From assembly GCF_001194135.2 (NCBI RefSeq), contig NC_068981.1:178532852-178567850 (forward strand): DNA of 34,999 bases, written 5' to 3'. Position numbers and translations under genes: made by a program. The notes under the pieces are model-generated. The model saw nothing but the letters and a program-made list of their open reading frames with translations, was not told the DNA's origin and searched no databases. This document shows positions 34,842 to 34,999 of this stretch, in pieces. The DNA is from Octopus bimaculoides. Lineage: Eukaryota. Every line of letters begins with the position of its first letter. Position 1 is the stretch's first letter.

Positions 34842-34939
34842 ATCACGTGACTGATTATTATTCGAATCGGCAACTTCTTCGAACCTTTCCCGCCAGAACG
34901 CAAACTGACCAATCACGGCCCCTAATAAGGTCACGTGAT
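34842..34939. promoter_or_regulatory. Promoter-like motif cluster: two inverted TCACGTGA E-boxes, E2F-like TTTCCCGC and CCAAT
   Basis: atcacgtgac at 34842-34851, gtcacgtgat at 34930-34939, tttcccgc at about 34886-34893, gaccaatcac at 34907-34916. Motif presence only; function is inferred. Confidence 0.35.
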
Positions 34940-34999
34940 AGAGTAAAATTCTGAAGCCATCTGGGAGCCCTCTTAACGCTATATATAGATCAACTCATA

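Noticed and set aside
1-34999. CRISPR arrays, rRNA, genuine tRNA genes or prokaryotic operons
   Set aside because: None seen. The tRNA-like A/B boxes all belong to SINE heads, and the tandem repeats lack unique spacers.

Overview
AT-rich, microsatellite-dense eukaryotic genomic DNA with eight scaffold gaps. The repeat complement (tRNA-derived SINE families, R4/Dong and RTE LINE remnants, Penelope-type hammerhead motifs) looks like an octopus/cephalopod draft genome; this is inference from pattern recognition, not a search. Nearly all entries in the supplied ORF track are microsatellite or gap artefacts. The one convincing host gene is a minus-strand fatty-acid-binding-protein (FABP/iLBP) family gene. 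Its last two coding exons are clear (16816-16926 and 12375-12425, canonical phase-0 splice sites), and Ser replaces the canonical ligand-binding Arg126. Exons 1-2 could not be found with confidence. The rest is a transposon graveyard: at least five R4/Dong (restriction-like endonuclease) LINE fragments, several tied to (TAA)n tracts, RTE and Tx1-like remnants, many SINEs (two insertions with clear 16-17 bp target-site duplications, one a chimeric dimer), and two pogo/Tigger-like MITEs. The most striking non-coding signals are an apparently intact minimal type I hammerhead ribozyme with a palindromic helix III (28453-28497, minus) and a decayed hammerhead in the loop of a 56-bp near-perfect foldback (7353-7523).
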